DNA from: an uncultured Nitrospiraceae bacterium
GTDB taxonomy: Bacteria; Nitrospirota; Nitrospiria; Nitrospirales; Nitrospiraceae
Length of the DNA stretch: 64,000 nucleotides
Assembly (NCBI GenBank): GCA_963706325.1
Contig: CAVPLT010000004.1
Span: 704,001 to 768,000, forward strand
Direction of reading: 5' to 3'
Shown: positions 1-10,626 of the stretch, piece by piece
Layout: every line of letters starts with the position of its first letter
Numbering within the stretch: the stretch's first letter is position 1
The notes under the pieces: generated by a model
The model's input: the letters and a program-made list of their open reading frames with translations, nothing else
The model's database searches: none
What the model was told of the DNA's origin: nothing
Translations under genes and position numbers: made by a program

Positions 1-1567
1 TGTCGATGTAAAAAATGGTGAGTTCCAAATGACCGGAGAGCTGCGCTACCGGAGCCGTCACGAATCAGAACCGCTGTTGCGCTATACCGGGCAGATCGGG
101 GTGCAGAATCTGAGTCTCATCGATCGCGCGACACAGCAAGAGTTTCTCGCCTGGTCGACACTCGGGTTGAACAAGGTCGACTTGGAGCTTGCGCCGACCA
201 AGGTCAGGATTGGGGAAATTGCGCTACGCGAGCCGTCAGCCAAATTCATGATCGCTAAAGACGGCTCCACGAACATTGCTCACGCCCTGCGCGCGCCGGA
301 TCAAGGCGCCCAGCAGCCGAGCGTGTCGCCTCCCGTCAGTGCGGCGGCCAAGAATGAAGCTTCCCCCGCTCCCGCTGCCATTCCCATCACCATCGATCTT
401 GTGACACTGTCGAAGTTGTCTGCGACGTTTGTGGATGAGTCGATTCAACCGGCAGTGAGCACGGGGATTCAGGACTTCGGCGGGACCATAAAAGGCTTGT
501 CATCCAGGCAGCTGTCGAAGGCCAAGGTATCGCTAGCCGGGAAAGTCGACAAAGTGGCGCCCATCACAATCCAGGGGCAGATTAACCCGCTCACTGAGGA
601 TGCCTTTACGAATCTCACGTTCCTATTCCAAGGCCTGGATCTGACTGCTGTTTCTCCCTATGCGGGAAAGTATGCCGGATACCCTATTACCAAGGGCAAG
701 CTCTCGCTCGATCTTAAATATCAGGTATCAGAGAAGCAATTAGTCGGAGAGAACAAGGTGTTGGTCGATCAATTTACGTTCGGAGAGAAGACTGAGAGCC
801 CCGACGCTACGAATTTGCCGGTGCGTCTCGCGGTGGCGTTGCTGAAAGACCGGCGCGGCGTGATCGATATCGATATGCCGGTGCGTGGGGATTTGAATGA
901 GCCGGATTTCAGATACGGAGGGGTCCTGCTCAATGCGCTGCTCAACGTGATCACCAAGGTGGCGACGTCTCCGTTCGCGGCGCTGGGAGGACTTGTGAGC
1001 GGCGGGGGAGAAGATCTGCAGTTTATCGAGTTCCAGGTCGGCGTAGACACGCTGGAGCGCGCCGAACAACAGAAAATCGAGTCCCTCGCCAAAGCGCTGC
1101 AAGAACGACCTGCTTTGCGTGTCGAAGTCATCGGCGCAGCCGACCTCACGCGTGACCGAGATGCGCTGGCCCTGCAAAAAATGAGTGCGGAAGTTCAGCG
1201 ACGCTTTACAAAAGGCGGAACGAAGAATTTGCAAGCGGTCGTCTCTCAGGAGCGCGAGTTCGAATTCTTAAGCGATCTCTATGCGGAGAAATTGGGGAAG
1301 CAACCGACCAAGCGGGAAGAGGTCACCGGAGGAAAAGCTGTTGAACGGGTGCTGTCGGTGGATGAACTGCTCCAGCAGCTGATTCCCTCCATCAGCGTGG
1401 AGGAATCGGAATTGCGATCGTTGGCACAAGGTCGTGCGAAAACGATTCGTGAACAGCTGATCGCGCCGGGCCGACTACCGGAGGAGCGCGTGTTTCTCGT
1501 CGAGCCTGAATTGATCCACTCAGAAGGAACGCAGGTTCGAAACCGGTTGAACTTGGCTGGGAGCTAA
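1..1567 (+). CDS. DUF748 domain envelope protein with OmpA-like C-terminal region (probably 5'-truncated by the window edge)
   Basis: ORF 29..1567; motifs SPYAGKYAGYPITKGKL, LPVRLAVALLKDR.G.IDID.PV.G, L.ERP.L. Confidence 0.8.
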   Translation, partial: VDVKNGEFQMTGELRYRSRHESEPLLRYTGQIGVQNLSLIDRATQQEFLAWSTLGLNKVDLELAPTKVRIGEIALREPSAKFMIAKDGSTNIAHALRAPDQGAQQPSVSPPVSAAAKNEASPAPAAIPITIDLVTLSKLSATFVDESIQPAVSTGIQDFGGTIKGLSSRQLSKAKVSLAGKVDKVAPITIQGQINPLTEDAFTNLTFLFQGLDLTAVSPYAGKYAGYPITKGKLSLDLKYQVSEKQLVGENKVLVDQFTFGEKTESPDATNLPVRLAVALLKDRRGVIDIDMPVRGDLNEPDFRYGGVLLNALLNVITKVATSPFAALGGLVSGGGEDLQFIEFQVGVDTLERAEQQKIESLAKALQERPALRVEVIGAADLTRDRDALALQKMSAEVQRRFTKGGTKNLQAVVSQEREFEFLSDLYAEKLGKQPTKREEVTGGKAVERVLSVDELLQQLIPSISVEESELRSLAQGRAKTIREQLIAPGRLPEERVFLVEPELIHSEGTQVRNRLNLAGS

Positions 1568-1584
1568 GCGAGTCGATGCGGTTA

Positions 1585-1953
1585 CTAAGGTTTTGGCTGG
1601 TAGCGCATCCGAGTGCCGTGCAGCAATGAGAGTTCGATCTCGCTCGCACTCAACTCGCTAGGGAAGTAGACGCCGGAGATTTTGGCCGCGTTGATGCTCG
1701 CGCCTTCGAGCCGGGCATGGCGGAAATCGATTCCGCGTAGATCAGCTTGTCGAAAGTATGACTCGCTAAAATCCAATCCATCCGTCTCGAGGCCGCGTAG
1801 ATCGAGGCTTCGTAGATCACATCGGGTGAGGTCGACCTGTTCACCCGCAGCCCGTTTGACATTAAACTCTTTAATGCAGCCTTCGCGGAGCAAGCGATAC
1901 ATGGGATCGCTGGAGATTCGTAGCGCCGTTGGGCCAGGCTTTGGTTTTTCCAT
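1585..1953 (-). CDS. Pentapeptide repeat protein
   Basis: A/D-L-x-x repeats (CDLRS LDLRG, ADLRG IDFRH ARLEG ASINA AKISG). Confidence 0.85.
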   Translation of the reverse strand: MEKPKPGPTALRISSDPMYRLLREGCIKEFNVKRAAGEQVDLTRCDLRSLDLRGLETDGLDFSESYFRQADLRGIDFRHARLEGASINAAKISGVYFPSELSASEIELSLLHGTRMRYQPKP

Positions 1954-2161
1954 AGGAACTGCTCGGCTGTCTGAGTTCTCTATCGGAGACCTAAGAGAAA
2001 ACTTGAATGTGATCAGCTCAGGCAGCTGCGCCTATCTGGCGGCGGCATTTGACACACATCTTCCGCTTGCGCCGCACTCATGAGAAACGGTACTCTTGAT
2101 CGCTGACTTGGCCTTATCCCGCTGCATAGTACACATCCGGTCGAACGAGAAGGAGGATATC

Positions 2162-2797
2162 ATGGGACTACGATTGGGCGACGAAGCCCCGAACTTTACC
2201 GCCGAGACGACGGAAGGGACCGTTAATTTTCACGAATGGTTGGGGAATGGGTGGGGCATTTTATTTTCTCACCCCAAGGACTTTACACCGGTTTGCACGA
2301 CCGAGCTGGGCTACATGGCCAAAATCAAAGGGGAATTCGACAAACGTGGCGTCAAGATTCTGGCCATCAGCGTGGATCCGCTGGATTCGCATCGCGGCTG
2401 GACGAAAGATATCAATGAGACGCAGAACTGCACGGTGACCTATCCCATCATAGCCGACCCGGAGAAGAAGGTGGCGAACCTCTACGACATGATCCACCCG
2501 AACTCGTTGGATAGCATGACGGTTCGATCGGTATTTGTGATTGGGCCGGACAAGAAAATCAAGTTGATGCTGACCTATCCTGCCTCCTGCGGGAGGAATT
2601 TCGACGAGTTGTTGCGGGTCGTCGATTCCCTGCAGTTGACCTCGAAATATAAAGTTGCGACTCCAGTCAATTGGAAGGATGGACAGGATTGCATCATCAC
2701 CCCGGCGGTCAATGACGCCGAAGCCAAGACCCTGTTTCCCAAAGGGTTCAAAGCCATCAAGCCGTATCTTCGAGTTACGCCGCAGCCGAACAAGTAA
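2162..2797 (+). CDS. 1-Cys peroxiredoxin (Prx6 family)
   Basis: FSHPKDFTPVCTTE motif, GRNFDE; AGGAGG RBS before ATG 2162. Confidence 0.95.
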   Translation: MGLRLGDEAPNFTAETTEGTVNFHEWLGNGWGILFSHPKDFTPVCTTELGYMAKIKGEFDKRGVKILAISVDPLDSHRGWTKDINETQNCTVTYPIIADPEKKVANLYDMIHPNSLDSMTVRSVFVIGPDKKIKLMLTYPASCGRNFDELLRVVDSLQLTSKYKVATPVNWKDGQDCIITPAVNDAEAKTLFPKGFKAIKPYLRVTPQPNK

Positions 2798-2822
2798 CGC
2801 ATTTCCAGACGGGCACGTACAT

Positions 2823-2853
2823 AAGGGGAGCCGGCCTCAGGCCGGCTCCCCTT
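2823..2853. terminator. Intrinsic terminator hairpin, probably bidirectional
   Basis: AAGGGGAGCCGGCC-tca-GGCCGGCTCCCCTT perfect 14-bp stem between convergent genes. Confidence 0.8.
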
Positions 2854-3082
2854 GTTGCATTGGCCCCAGTCGTGCGAATTTTTCCCACCATCGAAGTGAC
2901 CAGGGCGACTTCTTGTTAGCGACCTCCACATCAATTCGGCATCCATACCAGAGCGCGGGGTCTGATGCCCAGTGATCCCTCGACGTGATACTGCTTTCCA
3001 CTGATGAGAAGCTGGGACGGTTTCACGGGTACTCGAAGCCAAGTTTAACAATGGCTGAGGGCAGGATGCTCACGAAATCGGG

Positions 3083-5272
3083 TCAAACCAAGAGAAGCCC
3101 TGCTTGGCGGATCGTGTGCCAGGCGCGGGTATGGCTAAATCGATCAAAGCCTTGCGCGCCGGTGGTGGGAAACTGTTGGCGCGCCTCCGCAAGACGTGGG
3201 TATTCGGTGGTTGTCCGTTGAGGCGACGGAGCCGACTCCTGAAGCAGGGCAACCAGCCAGGCTGCGTGACGTGGTGACAGGGTGAGGGAGAAATCTTCGG
3301 CACGAGTCGGCAGGATGACGCGGGTCCGCGTCGCTCCGAGTGGCGTCATTACCGGCCCCCCGCCGATCCACACGCAGCGGCGTTCGGCGGTCAGAGGCAC
3401 GGAAGGAGGAAGGGCCAGTGCTGTGCTCAGCCAGCGTCGCGCGACTCGGGGAGGTTTCACGGCTTGCGAAAACCACCGTTGTACGGGGACGTCGAGCCCA
3501 GCCTGTTCGAGGTAGTTGAGCAGCGCGGCACGCAATCCCTCGCCCAGCCAGGACGGGCAGGTGGCTGTGAGATCGGCATGGCGAAGATCATTTTCGGCGA
3601 AGCCTTCGAACGTCGGTCCGAGAATGGTGAGACCTTCCGCGGCCGGATTCAATCCAATGGGGCTATGGGCCGTGGCCGTGAACTTGTGCCAGAAGGCAGA
3701 TTGCAGGAGATCACCGGCAAAGAGTTGCCGGACGCGCTCAAGTGAATCCACGGTATCCGCAATAGTCTCACCGGGACAGCCATACATGAGATAGGCGTGA
3801 ACCAGAATGCCGGCTTCACGAAACGCGGCTGCAACCCTCGCCGTCTGGTCGACGGTAATTCCCTTTTTCATTCGCTCGAGCAGGCGATCGGATGCCGCTT
3901 CGAGGCCGGCTGTGAGAGCGATGCAACCCGACGCCGCCAACAGTCGAGCCAGATCCGGCGAAAAGGCTTCTTCGAAACGAATGTTGCCCCACCAAGTTAT
4001 GGTCAATCGTTTCTCCAGCAGTCGGAGCGCCAAAGCTTTCAGGGCGGCAGGGGGCGCGGCCTCGTCGACGAAATGAAAGCCCCGTTGCCCGGTCTCGCGC
4101 ACGAGGCCCTCGATCCGTTCAATGAGCAGGTCCGTGGGAGTCTGTTCATAGCGCGCAATATAGCTCAGGCCTATGTCGCAGAACGTGCATTGCTTCCAGT
4201 AGCAGCCATGGGCGACGGTGAGCTTATTCCAATGGCCTTCCGACCAGAGCCGGTGCATCGGGTTCAGACTGTCGAGAATGGAGAGATAGCGGCGCAGCGG
4301 CAGGCCTGTGTATGTCGGCGTGCCCAACTCATGTATGGGCACGTCCGGTTCGGGACTCCCGTCACAGAACTTGACGGTGCCATTGATGCAAAGAAACGTG
4401 CGGCGAAGCAAGCCGTTCGAGCGGCCGCCTGCCAAATGGTCCAGCAGACATAAGAACGGACGCTCGCCGTCGTCGAGGGTGACATAGTCGACAAGCGTGA
4501 ACAGCCGAGGGTCTTCCAGGCGCCGAAGTTCCGTATTGACGTAGCCGCCGCCCAGGACAATACGAATACCAGGTCGCTGTACTTTGAGCGCTTGAGCAAT
4601 TCGCAACGCGCCGAAGAGATTGCCCGGAAAGGGGACGGTCAGGCCGACGACGTCGGGGACGGTACGATCGATTTGCGGCCAGAGCGCGTCGAGTAACAGG
4701 TCGTCGGTGAGACTTAGTGGCTGGGCCAATGCCTGCTCGATGTGGTCGAATGAGGAGGCGGCTTGCGCGATCTGCTCGGCATAGCGGTTCAGAAATAAAT
4801 GGGGAGCCACGGTTTCATGCAGCAGGTCCGTGAGATCTTCGATATAGAGGGTGGCCCGATGACGGGCCCTGTCAGACGGTGACGTGGATCGGCTATTTCC
4901 ATGAGGGCTCTGACCGGCAAAGCGAGGACCTTCCGGAAGAAATCCCGTTCGGGCGAGGTGCGGAGCGAGCATGGGATCCTGTCCCTGGAGGAAGGCGATC
5001 ACTGGTTCGATCGTGGCGAGGTAGGCATCTTCGAGCGCAAGAAACTGTTGAACCTCTCCACGCCATGACCCGCCGGCTTGCCTGATTCTTTGAAACGCCT
5101 GACGGAGCCCTGCCTGCGAGAAGAGGCGGAGCATCATCTCAAGACCGAGGTCTGCCTGAGCGGCCTCATAACCGCGGGAGCGCAAAAATCCCGTCAACTG
5201 GGCCGTAGAGGGATAGGGCGTATTGAGTTGAGTCAGGGGAGGAATGAGCAGCAGCACTCGCGGCAAGGCCAT
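3083..5272 (-). CDS. B12-binding domain radical SAM protein
   Basis: GCYWKQCTFC (CxxxCxxC), LGGGY, FHFVDE; start uncertain (5272 or 5290). Confidence 0.85.
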   Translation of the reverse strand: MALPRVLLLIPPLTQLNTPYPSTAQLTGFLRSRGYEAAQADLGLEMMLRLFSQAGLRQAFQRIRQAGGSWRGEVQQFLALEDAYLATIEPVIAFLQGQDPMLAPHLARTGFLPEGPRFAGQSPHGNSRSTSPSDRARHRATLYIEDLTDLLHETVAPHLFLNRYAEQIAQAASSFDHIEQALAQPLSLTDDLLLDALWPQIDRTVPDVVGLTVPFPGNLFGALRIAQALKVQRPGIRIVLGGGYVNTELRRLEDPRLFTLVDYVTLDDGERPFLCLLDHLAGGRSNGLLRRTFLCINGTVKFCDGSPEPDVPIHELGTPTYTGLPLRRYLSILDSLNPMHRLWSEGHWNKLTVAHGCYWKQCTFCDIGLSYIARYEQTPTDLLIERIEGLVRETGQRGFHFVDEAAPPAALKALALRLLEKRLTITWWGNIRFEEAFSPDLARLLAASGCIALTAGLEAASDRLLERMKKGITVDQTARVAAAFREAGILVHAYLMYGCPGETIADTVDSLERVRQLFAGDLLQSAFWHKFTATAHSPIGLNPAAEGLTILGPTFEGFAENDLRHADLTATCPSWLGEGLRAALLNYLEQAGLDVPVQRWFSQAVKPPRVARRWLSTALALPPSVPLTAERRCVWIGGGPVMTPLGATRTRVILPTRAEDFSLTLSPRHAAWLVALLQESAPSPQRTTTEYPRLAEARQQFPTTGAQGFDRFSHTRAWHTIRQAGLLLV

Positions 5273-5323
5273 CCGAGGGAAATACCACACTGCAGGGTGT
5301 GCCTGCCAGCGACCCGACGGAGT

Positions 5324-6667
5324 TTACTTGGTCGTTTCTTCCCGAACTGCGCGCATCGAAGACTGGATGAAATAGCCCGTCCAGCGTTTGATGTGAAAGT
5401 AATCGGTAACCTGGTTGGACAACTCGGCGCGTGGTACGGCGCGGACAATGGTCAGCTGGGATCCTCCCGAAAGGTCGATGGTAGTCGGGTTCTCTCTCGT
5501 GGCAGCCGGATCGTTCAGCAAGACGAGGGGCTTGAGGCGGGTTTCAAAATTGATATTCAGCACGAGTCCGAGGGTCCCGTCAGAAAGCGTGACCACGGTT
5601 CCGGGAGGGTACACTCCGAACGTTTGAATCATTGCCACGACAACCTCGGGCGCAAACAGGTGTTGCTGATGCTTGTACATCTTAGCCAAGGCCTCAGCCG
5701 GGCAGATGGCTTGCGCGGGGTCCGGGTGATTGATCAGCGAGTCGTAGTGGTCGACGGCGCTGACGATTCTGACTGAGAGCGGAATCTGTTCGCCCTTCAG
5801 CTTCTCCGGATAACCGGACCCATCAAGCCGCTCGTGATGGCTGCGAATAATGTCCAGGACTTCCTCAGGAAAGCCGGTGTAACGCCTGAGCATGTCGATG
5901 GCGTGGAAGGGATGCAGTTGGTACTCTCTCGTCTCCCGATGCGAAAGATTGCCTCGGTTTCGTAGGATGCGGCCCGAGATGCGCTGCTCGCCGATATCGA
6001 GCAGCAGTCCCGCCATGCCGATCAGGTGGAGGGACTCCTCCTGGATATCAAAATGTTGGGCGACCATCATCGAAAGAGTCGAGACATTCAGGGAATGAAG
6101 GACGTTAAAATTCTCGAGCTCTTCCGGATCGAAGGCGCTCGCCACCATACCGGCAGCCTCAGTGTTGGTCAGCAGAGTGCTGAGCCCATTGATCATTACT
6201 TTTGCATTACGCAAACCTTCTGGAGATCCGCTCGAAAGGTCGCGCATCATCTGCGAACTGCGTTGGATGACTTGTCGGTAGGCTTCGGATGCCAATTCGA
6301 CCGCCTGATGGTAGTCAGTGGCAGTCGGCATTTCTTCCTCGCTCAACGTGATCGTGCCATCGGCTAAGGCGGCATCCGCTGCCGTTTCTGAAGCCGGTTC
6401 CGAGATTGAAGCGGAAAGGCTCGCGACAGAATTGGTCGTGGTGGAAGGATCTGATTCACGGGGATGCACCAGGACCGTGGAGAGCCCAAGTCCGCGTATG
6501 GTTTTGAGCTGGTGTTCTGACGCGATTCTGAACGATCGCCGAGGAAACGGGTGCTTGAACCATGAGCAATTCAGGTCGACATACATGCCTACCTTGAGAG
6601 ACTCCGGACGAACGGTGATCGTTTCTGGGGCGGTGTCCTTCGACTGGCGATCTGACCTGAGCGACAA
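5324..6667 (-). CDS. HD-GYP domain protein with N-terminal DUF3391-like region
   Basis: HHERLDGSGYP; LKVGMYV..WFKHPF N-terminus; the HD dyad reads LLDIG. Confidence 0.85.
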   Translation of the reverse strand: MSLRSDRQSKDTAPETITVRPESLKVGMYVDLNCSWFKHPFPRRSFRIASEHQLKTIRGLGLSTVLVHPRESDPSTTTNSVASLSASISEPASETAADAALADGTITLSEEEMPTATDYHQAVELASEAYRQVIQRSSQMMRDLSSGSPEGLRNAKVMINGLSTLLTNTEAAGMVASAFDPEELENFNVLHSLNVSTLSMMVAQHFDIQEESLHLIGMAGLLLDIGEQRISGRILRNRGNLSHRETREYQLHPFHAIDMLRRYTGFPEEVLDIIRSHHERLDGSGYPEKLKGEQIPLSVRIVSAVDHYDSLINHPDPAQAICPAEALAKMYKHQQHLFAPEVVVAMIQTFGVYPPGTVVTLSDGTLGLVLNINFETRLKPLVLLNDPAATRENPTTIDLSGGSQLTIVRAVPRAELSNQVTDYFHIKRWTGYFIQSSMRAVREETTK

Positions 6668-6763
6668 AACCTTCCCCTCTCGCTATGCACTAACCTAATG
6701 GCTGGTTGGTTATGGTTACTCCTGGTCTCTATCGGCCGAGGGGGACAAAATCTGTAGGAAAGG

Positions 6764-7918
6764 CTACTTTTTCCCGACCAGGCGTACAAACTCCAGACTG
6801 GCATTTCGTATCTTGGACGGCTCTCGGCGCACGTCACTGCCGAGAATGTACACAACATCATGGCCATAGAGTTCTGCCATCTCATGGATGCGAGAGGCGG
6901 CCATTCTCCCTGCCGCGGTCGGAAATATAGGAGGACAGGCGCCGAACGGCCGGCGACAGGATGCCGCAATGTCCCGGCAGTCGCCTTCTGAGATCGGGTA
7001 CGCGAGTCCGAATGTCGGATAGATGGAAATGTCGGCGCCGGCCAGGCGGGGGAAGAGCCCGAAGAGGACTGAAGGAGAGATGCCGCTGTCCGGCGAGACG
7101 TAGTGGCTCCCGAGAAAGTCCGGATGCGAGATGAGAGGGAGCGAGAGGGAGGGAGTCGATGCCAGGGAAGTCATGACGTCAAATCCGACGAGGCCCGGAC
7201 AAACCAGCAGGGCGCCGGCCCCCGCTTTCCGGGCCATGCTCGCTTGCTTCATGAGAATCGGCCAGGGACCAGAAACATGCGGGGCGTAGAGGCAGGGTTT
7301 TCCAGTGCGGCGTGAGGCTTCGCTGACGGCCTCAGTGCATTGTGCAATCCGATCCGCGAACCGGCAGAAGGGTTGATCTCCGAGGCTTTGATCATCCTTG
7401 ATCATGTCGACTTCCCCGAGCGCGAATTCTTGGGCCAGGTCGGCCAGTTGCCTCGGAGAGCATCCCAATGGCTTCAGGACGGCACAGACGAGCGGCCGTG
7501 TCGGGACGTGAAGCAACTTGCGAAGGCCCGGCGTTCCGAAGCGAGGGCCGGCCATCCGCGCCACGCTATTGTCCGGCAGCGACAGGTCTGTGAGGCGGAC
7601 TCGCCCTTGTAAGCCGGCCATGCCGAATGTCATATGCAACAGAGTACTGACGGATCCGTCGAGAAGCTCAGTGGGAAAACTGAGGGAGGCGCGAAAAAGC
7701 TCGGGGCTCAAGGATGCCAGTTCCTCCACATGGCCCAGCAGTTGTTCTCGAATCGCCCCCGGTGGAATGACGTGATTTGCCGCCTCGACGGTTTGGTCGA
7801 TACAGAGAAGATCCGCGCGCTCGCGTGCCTCTATAGCCGATCCTCGGATGTGGTACTCCACTGAAAAGCGTTGTCCCGACAACCGCAGGTCGCTTTCCGG
7901 CGTAGGATGATGAGGCAT
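6764..7918 (-). CDS. RuBisCO-like protein (form IV)
   Basis: GPRFG..GLR, LKPLG, IKDDQ, RLAGAD motifs; no small subunit gene adjacent. Confidence 0.85.
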   Translation of the reverse strand: MPHHPTPESDLRLSGQRFSVEYHIRGSAIEARERADLLCIDQTVEAANHVIPPGAIREQLLGHVEELASLSPELFRASLSFPTELLDGSVSTLLHMTFGMAGLQGRVRLTDLSLPDNSVARMAGPRFGTPGLRKLLHVPTRPLVCAVLKPLGCSPRQLADLAQEFALGEVDMIKDDQSLGDQPFCRFADRIAQCTEAVSEASRRTGKPCLYAPHVSGPWPILMKQASMARKAGAGALLVCPGLVGFDVMTSLASTPSLSLPLISHPDFLGSHYVSPDSGISPSVLFGLFPRLAGADISIYPTFGLAYPISEGDCRDIAASCRRPFGACPPIFPTAAGRMAASRIHEMAELYGHDVVYILGSDVRREPSKIRNASLEFVRLVGKK

Positions 7919-8073
7919 ACCTGGCTCCTTCTAAGTTGCAGTCCTGCAGGCGAAGAGGGTACCGTATTTCCGCTCAGCTCGGTAGTCCCTCGACGCGCTG
8001 CAAAACTGTTTGTTCGGCCGATGAGTGGCATAGGGAGCACCATGGGAAAGCAGGAACGAAAGGACATTAATTC

Positions 8074-8853
8074 ATGATGTATTGTCCCGCCGGCCCTGCA
8101 ATCATCCTTCTGGCTGCGATGGTCATGTGGTGCGATCGCGCCGTCGCAGAACGTCTGCTTGATCTCACCTACGCGTTCGATGAGACAACGCAGGTCTGGC
8201 CGAGCAATTCTCCTTTCCATCGGGACTCGATGGTGCGGGGAGGCACGACGACTGAAGCCTGGTATGCGACGGGACAGGTGGCGCTATCCGAACATGCCGG
8301 AACCCATATGGACGCTCCCGTTCATTTCGCGCAAGGGGAAGTGGGAATTGATGGGATTCCGCTTGAGCGCCTGGTAGGACCGGCTGTGGTGATTGACGTA
8401 CGAACTTCGGTAGCCGCCGACCGTGATTACCGCATGTCGCTGGAAGACATTCAGCGCTGGGAGGTCCGACATGGACCAATACCAGCCGGCGCGGTCGTCA
8501 TGATGCTGACAGGGTGGGGCGTCTATTGGACGGATCGCGAACGCTATTTCGGCACGACTACCCCGGAGCTTCCTGCGACGCTTCACTTTCCAGGGTTCTC
8601 AAGGGAAGTAGCCGAATTCTTGGTGGCCGAACGACACATCCACGGAATCGGGATCGACACGCCCAGCATCGACTATGGTCCTTCTCAGGATTTTGTGGTC
8701 CATCGAATCATAAACAGCGCGGGTCTGTATGGTCTCGAAAATGTGGCGCAGCTCGAGGAGCTCCCTCCGTCCGGCGGAAGTCTGATGGCCCTTCCCATGA
8801 AAATTGCCGGTGGTACCGGGGCGCCGGTGCGTATCATCGCCATTCTTCCGTAG
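8074..8853 (+). CDS. Cyclase family (kynurenine formamidase-like) metal-dependent hydrolase, possibly exported
   Basis: EHAGTHMDAPVHF, GIDTPSID, LENV, GGTGAPVR. Confidence 0.85.
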   Translation: MMYCPAGPAIILLAAMVMWCDRAVAERLLDLTYAFDETTQVWPSNSPFHRDSMVRGGTTTEAWYATGQVALSEHAGTHMDAPVHFAQGEVGIDGIPLERLVGPAVVIDVRTSVAADRDYRMSLEDIQRWEVRHGPIPAGAVVMMLTGWGVYWTDRERYFGTTTPELPATLHFPGFSREVAEFLVAERHIHGIGIDTPSIDYGPSQDFVVHRIINSAGLYGLENVAQLEELPPSGGSLMALPMKIAGGTGAPVRIIAILP

Positions 8854-8907
8854 CAATTGGTCGAAAAGTCTGCCGGACATGTTTTTGCGCAGGCTGCTGA
8901 TCATGCC

Positions 8908-9486
8908 ATGAACCTCTGCCGACTATTCAGCGATTTCAACTGTCCTTTCTGTTATGGGATGCACGAGCATCTTCATGGCCTTGGCCTCATGCGGCAAGTG
9001 TCTTGGCACGGCGTGCAGCATGCACGCCATCTTCGCGTGCCGATGGCGGTATGGTCGGGACACCTGGCGGTGGAGTTGAAGCAGGAAGTGGAGGTGGTGC
9101 GACGGCTGGCGCCGGAGGTACCGATTACGACGCCAAGAGGGAAGCCCAACAGCGGTCCCGCGCTTGCGGCGGCGGCGCGTGCGTTGACCCTTGATCCCAC
9201 AAGAGCCCAGGCCTACATACGATCCCTGTATCGATTATTGTGGGTCGAGGGGCAAGACATCTCCGACGAGCATGTGCTGCAGCGTGAAGCCGACCGTCAT
9301 GGTTTCGTTTCCGCCCAGATAGTCGGAGCAACGGCCATCGAGATCGCCTCAGTGTTGAGCGCCTGGGAAACGCTGTGGGTCGAGACGGAACATCAGGGTG
9401 TGCCGCTTCTCGAACGATCGGATCATGCCCTGCTCGCTGGTCTCATGCCCGCCGATACCATCCGACAATTTCTCGCCGAAGCATAG
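8908..9486 (+). CDS. DsbA/FrnE-like thioredoxin-fold protein
   Basis: FSDFNCPFCY, GVP cis-Pro loop. Confidence 0.75.
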   Translation: MNLCRLFSDFNCPFCYGMHEHLHGLGLMRQVSWHGVQHARHLRVPMAVWSGHLAVELKQEVEVVRRLAPEVPITTPRGKPNSGPALAAAARALTLDPTRAQAYIRSLYRLLWVEGQDISDEHVLQREADRHGFVSAQIVGATAIEIASVLSAWETLWVETEHQGVPLLERSDHALLAGLMPADTIRQFLAEA

Positions 9487-9643
9487 CTAGGATTCGACCG
9501 GCGTTCATCACGGTCGCCAGCCTCACGTCACTCTTGCGCACGAATGTCCTAATCAGTTTGTCCCCCAGATTCCTCATGGTATGAGTGGGAGGACGAGAGC
9601 TCGGTCGGTATTGCCAAGCCCGTTTTCTACACTGGGGTGATCC

Positions 9644-10393
9644 ATGAAATCAGCAGATCTATTGTTGGCTGCATGCATAGGTAGTTGTGTTCTGTTCGGT
9701 GCCGGTGTTTCTGCTGCCCTGGCGGCCAATCCTGCTGCCAGCGCGAGTAAGGCTCCCGCACCGGGGGCCGATGTAACCCCTGCACAGGATAAGACCGAAT
9801 TCTATGTGAGTCTCTACATGCAGGGCAGTTATCCACTCAATCGTCCGGTTAGTTTGCAGGATGACCCCTTTACGAATACCGACGTACAGGGTGGATTGGG
9901 CGGGGGACTAAAATTCGGTATCTTCCCGGCCATCACTGGGCGGATTGTCGGGTTAGAGGCTGAACTCTCCGGCCTTGATGGAAGGGTGGATGCGCCCACG
10001 GCCACGGCAGGCGGCGTGACCCGTAGCGCGAATTTTCGTCTCCAATCCATCAATGCCATGGCCAATCTGTTGCTGCGTTATCCCGGCGAGGTCATTCAGC
10101 CGTACCTCGGTGTCGGGGCGGGGGTGTCCGGAGGATTTGCCCGGGATTTAAATCTCCAAAGCAGCACCATCGGGGTGATCCGTGAGAATGCGGCCGATGG
10201 TGCCTTTGCCTACCAGTTTATCGGGGGTATTCGCGCGAATGTCAGCGACCGGCTGTTTCTGTTTACGGAATACAAGTACTTCGTGGCGAATTACCAATGG
10301 GAAAGCGAATTCCCCAATGGCGCGCATGGGCCATCCTTCACATTAAATTATCGTACCCATCTCATCTCTGGCGGACTCGGGTTCCGGTTCTAA
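9644..10393 (+). CDS. Outer membrane beta-barrel (porin/OmpA-like) protein
   Basis: Signal peptide, PYLGVGAG, FAYQFIGG, C-terminal GLGFRF. Confidence 0.8.
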   Translation: MKSADLLLAACIGSCVLFGAGVSAALAANPAASASKAPAPGADVTPAQDKTEFYVSLYMQGSYPLNRPVSLQDDPFTNTDVQGGLGGGLKFGIFPAITGRIVGLEAELSGLDGRVDAPTATAGGVTRSANFRLQSINAMANLLLRYPGEVIQPYLGVGAGVSGGFARDLNLQSSTIGVIRENAADGAFAYQFIGGIRANVSDRLFLFTEYKYFVANYQWESEFPNGAHGPSFTLNYRTHLISGGLGFRF

Positions 10394-10626
10394 TCTACCT
10401 CTCTCGCGTCCTCCCCTCCCTGTGCGGTTTGCTGATCATGCCTCCAAGTCTTCCTTCAGTCGAGCCAGGCATCTTGGCGTCCTGATACAGTTCCTTCAGC
10501 TCTGTTCGTTTCGATGAGAACTGAAGCAGAGCCTCTCATCGGAGACCTGTGCTGATCGCCACGCGCTTGCAGTGCAGCACGGGTGAGGCATATGATAATC
10601 CATCTCTCGTCCGCTCATCCGGCTCC

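Noticed and set aside
6764..7918. Calvin-cycle RuBisCO
   Set aside because: Short, divergent active-site motif, no cbbS or prk nearby
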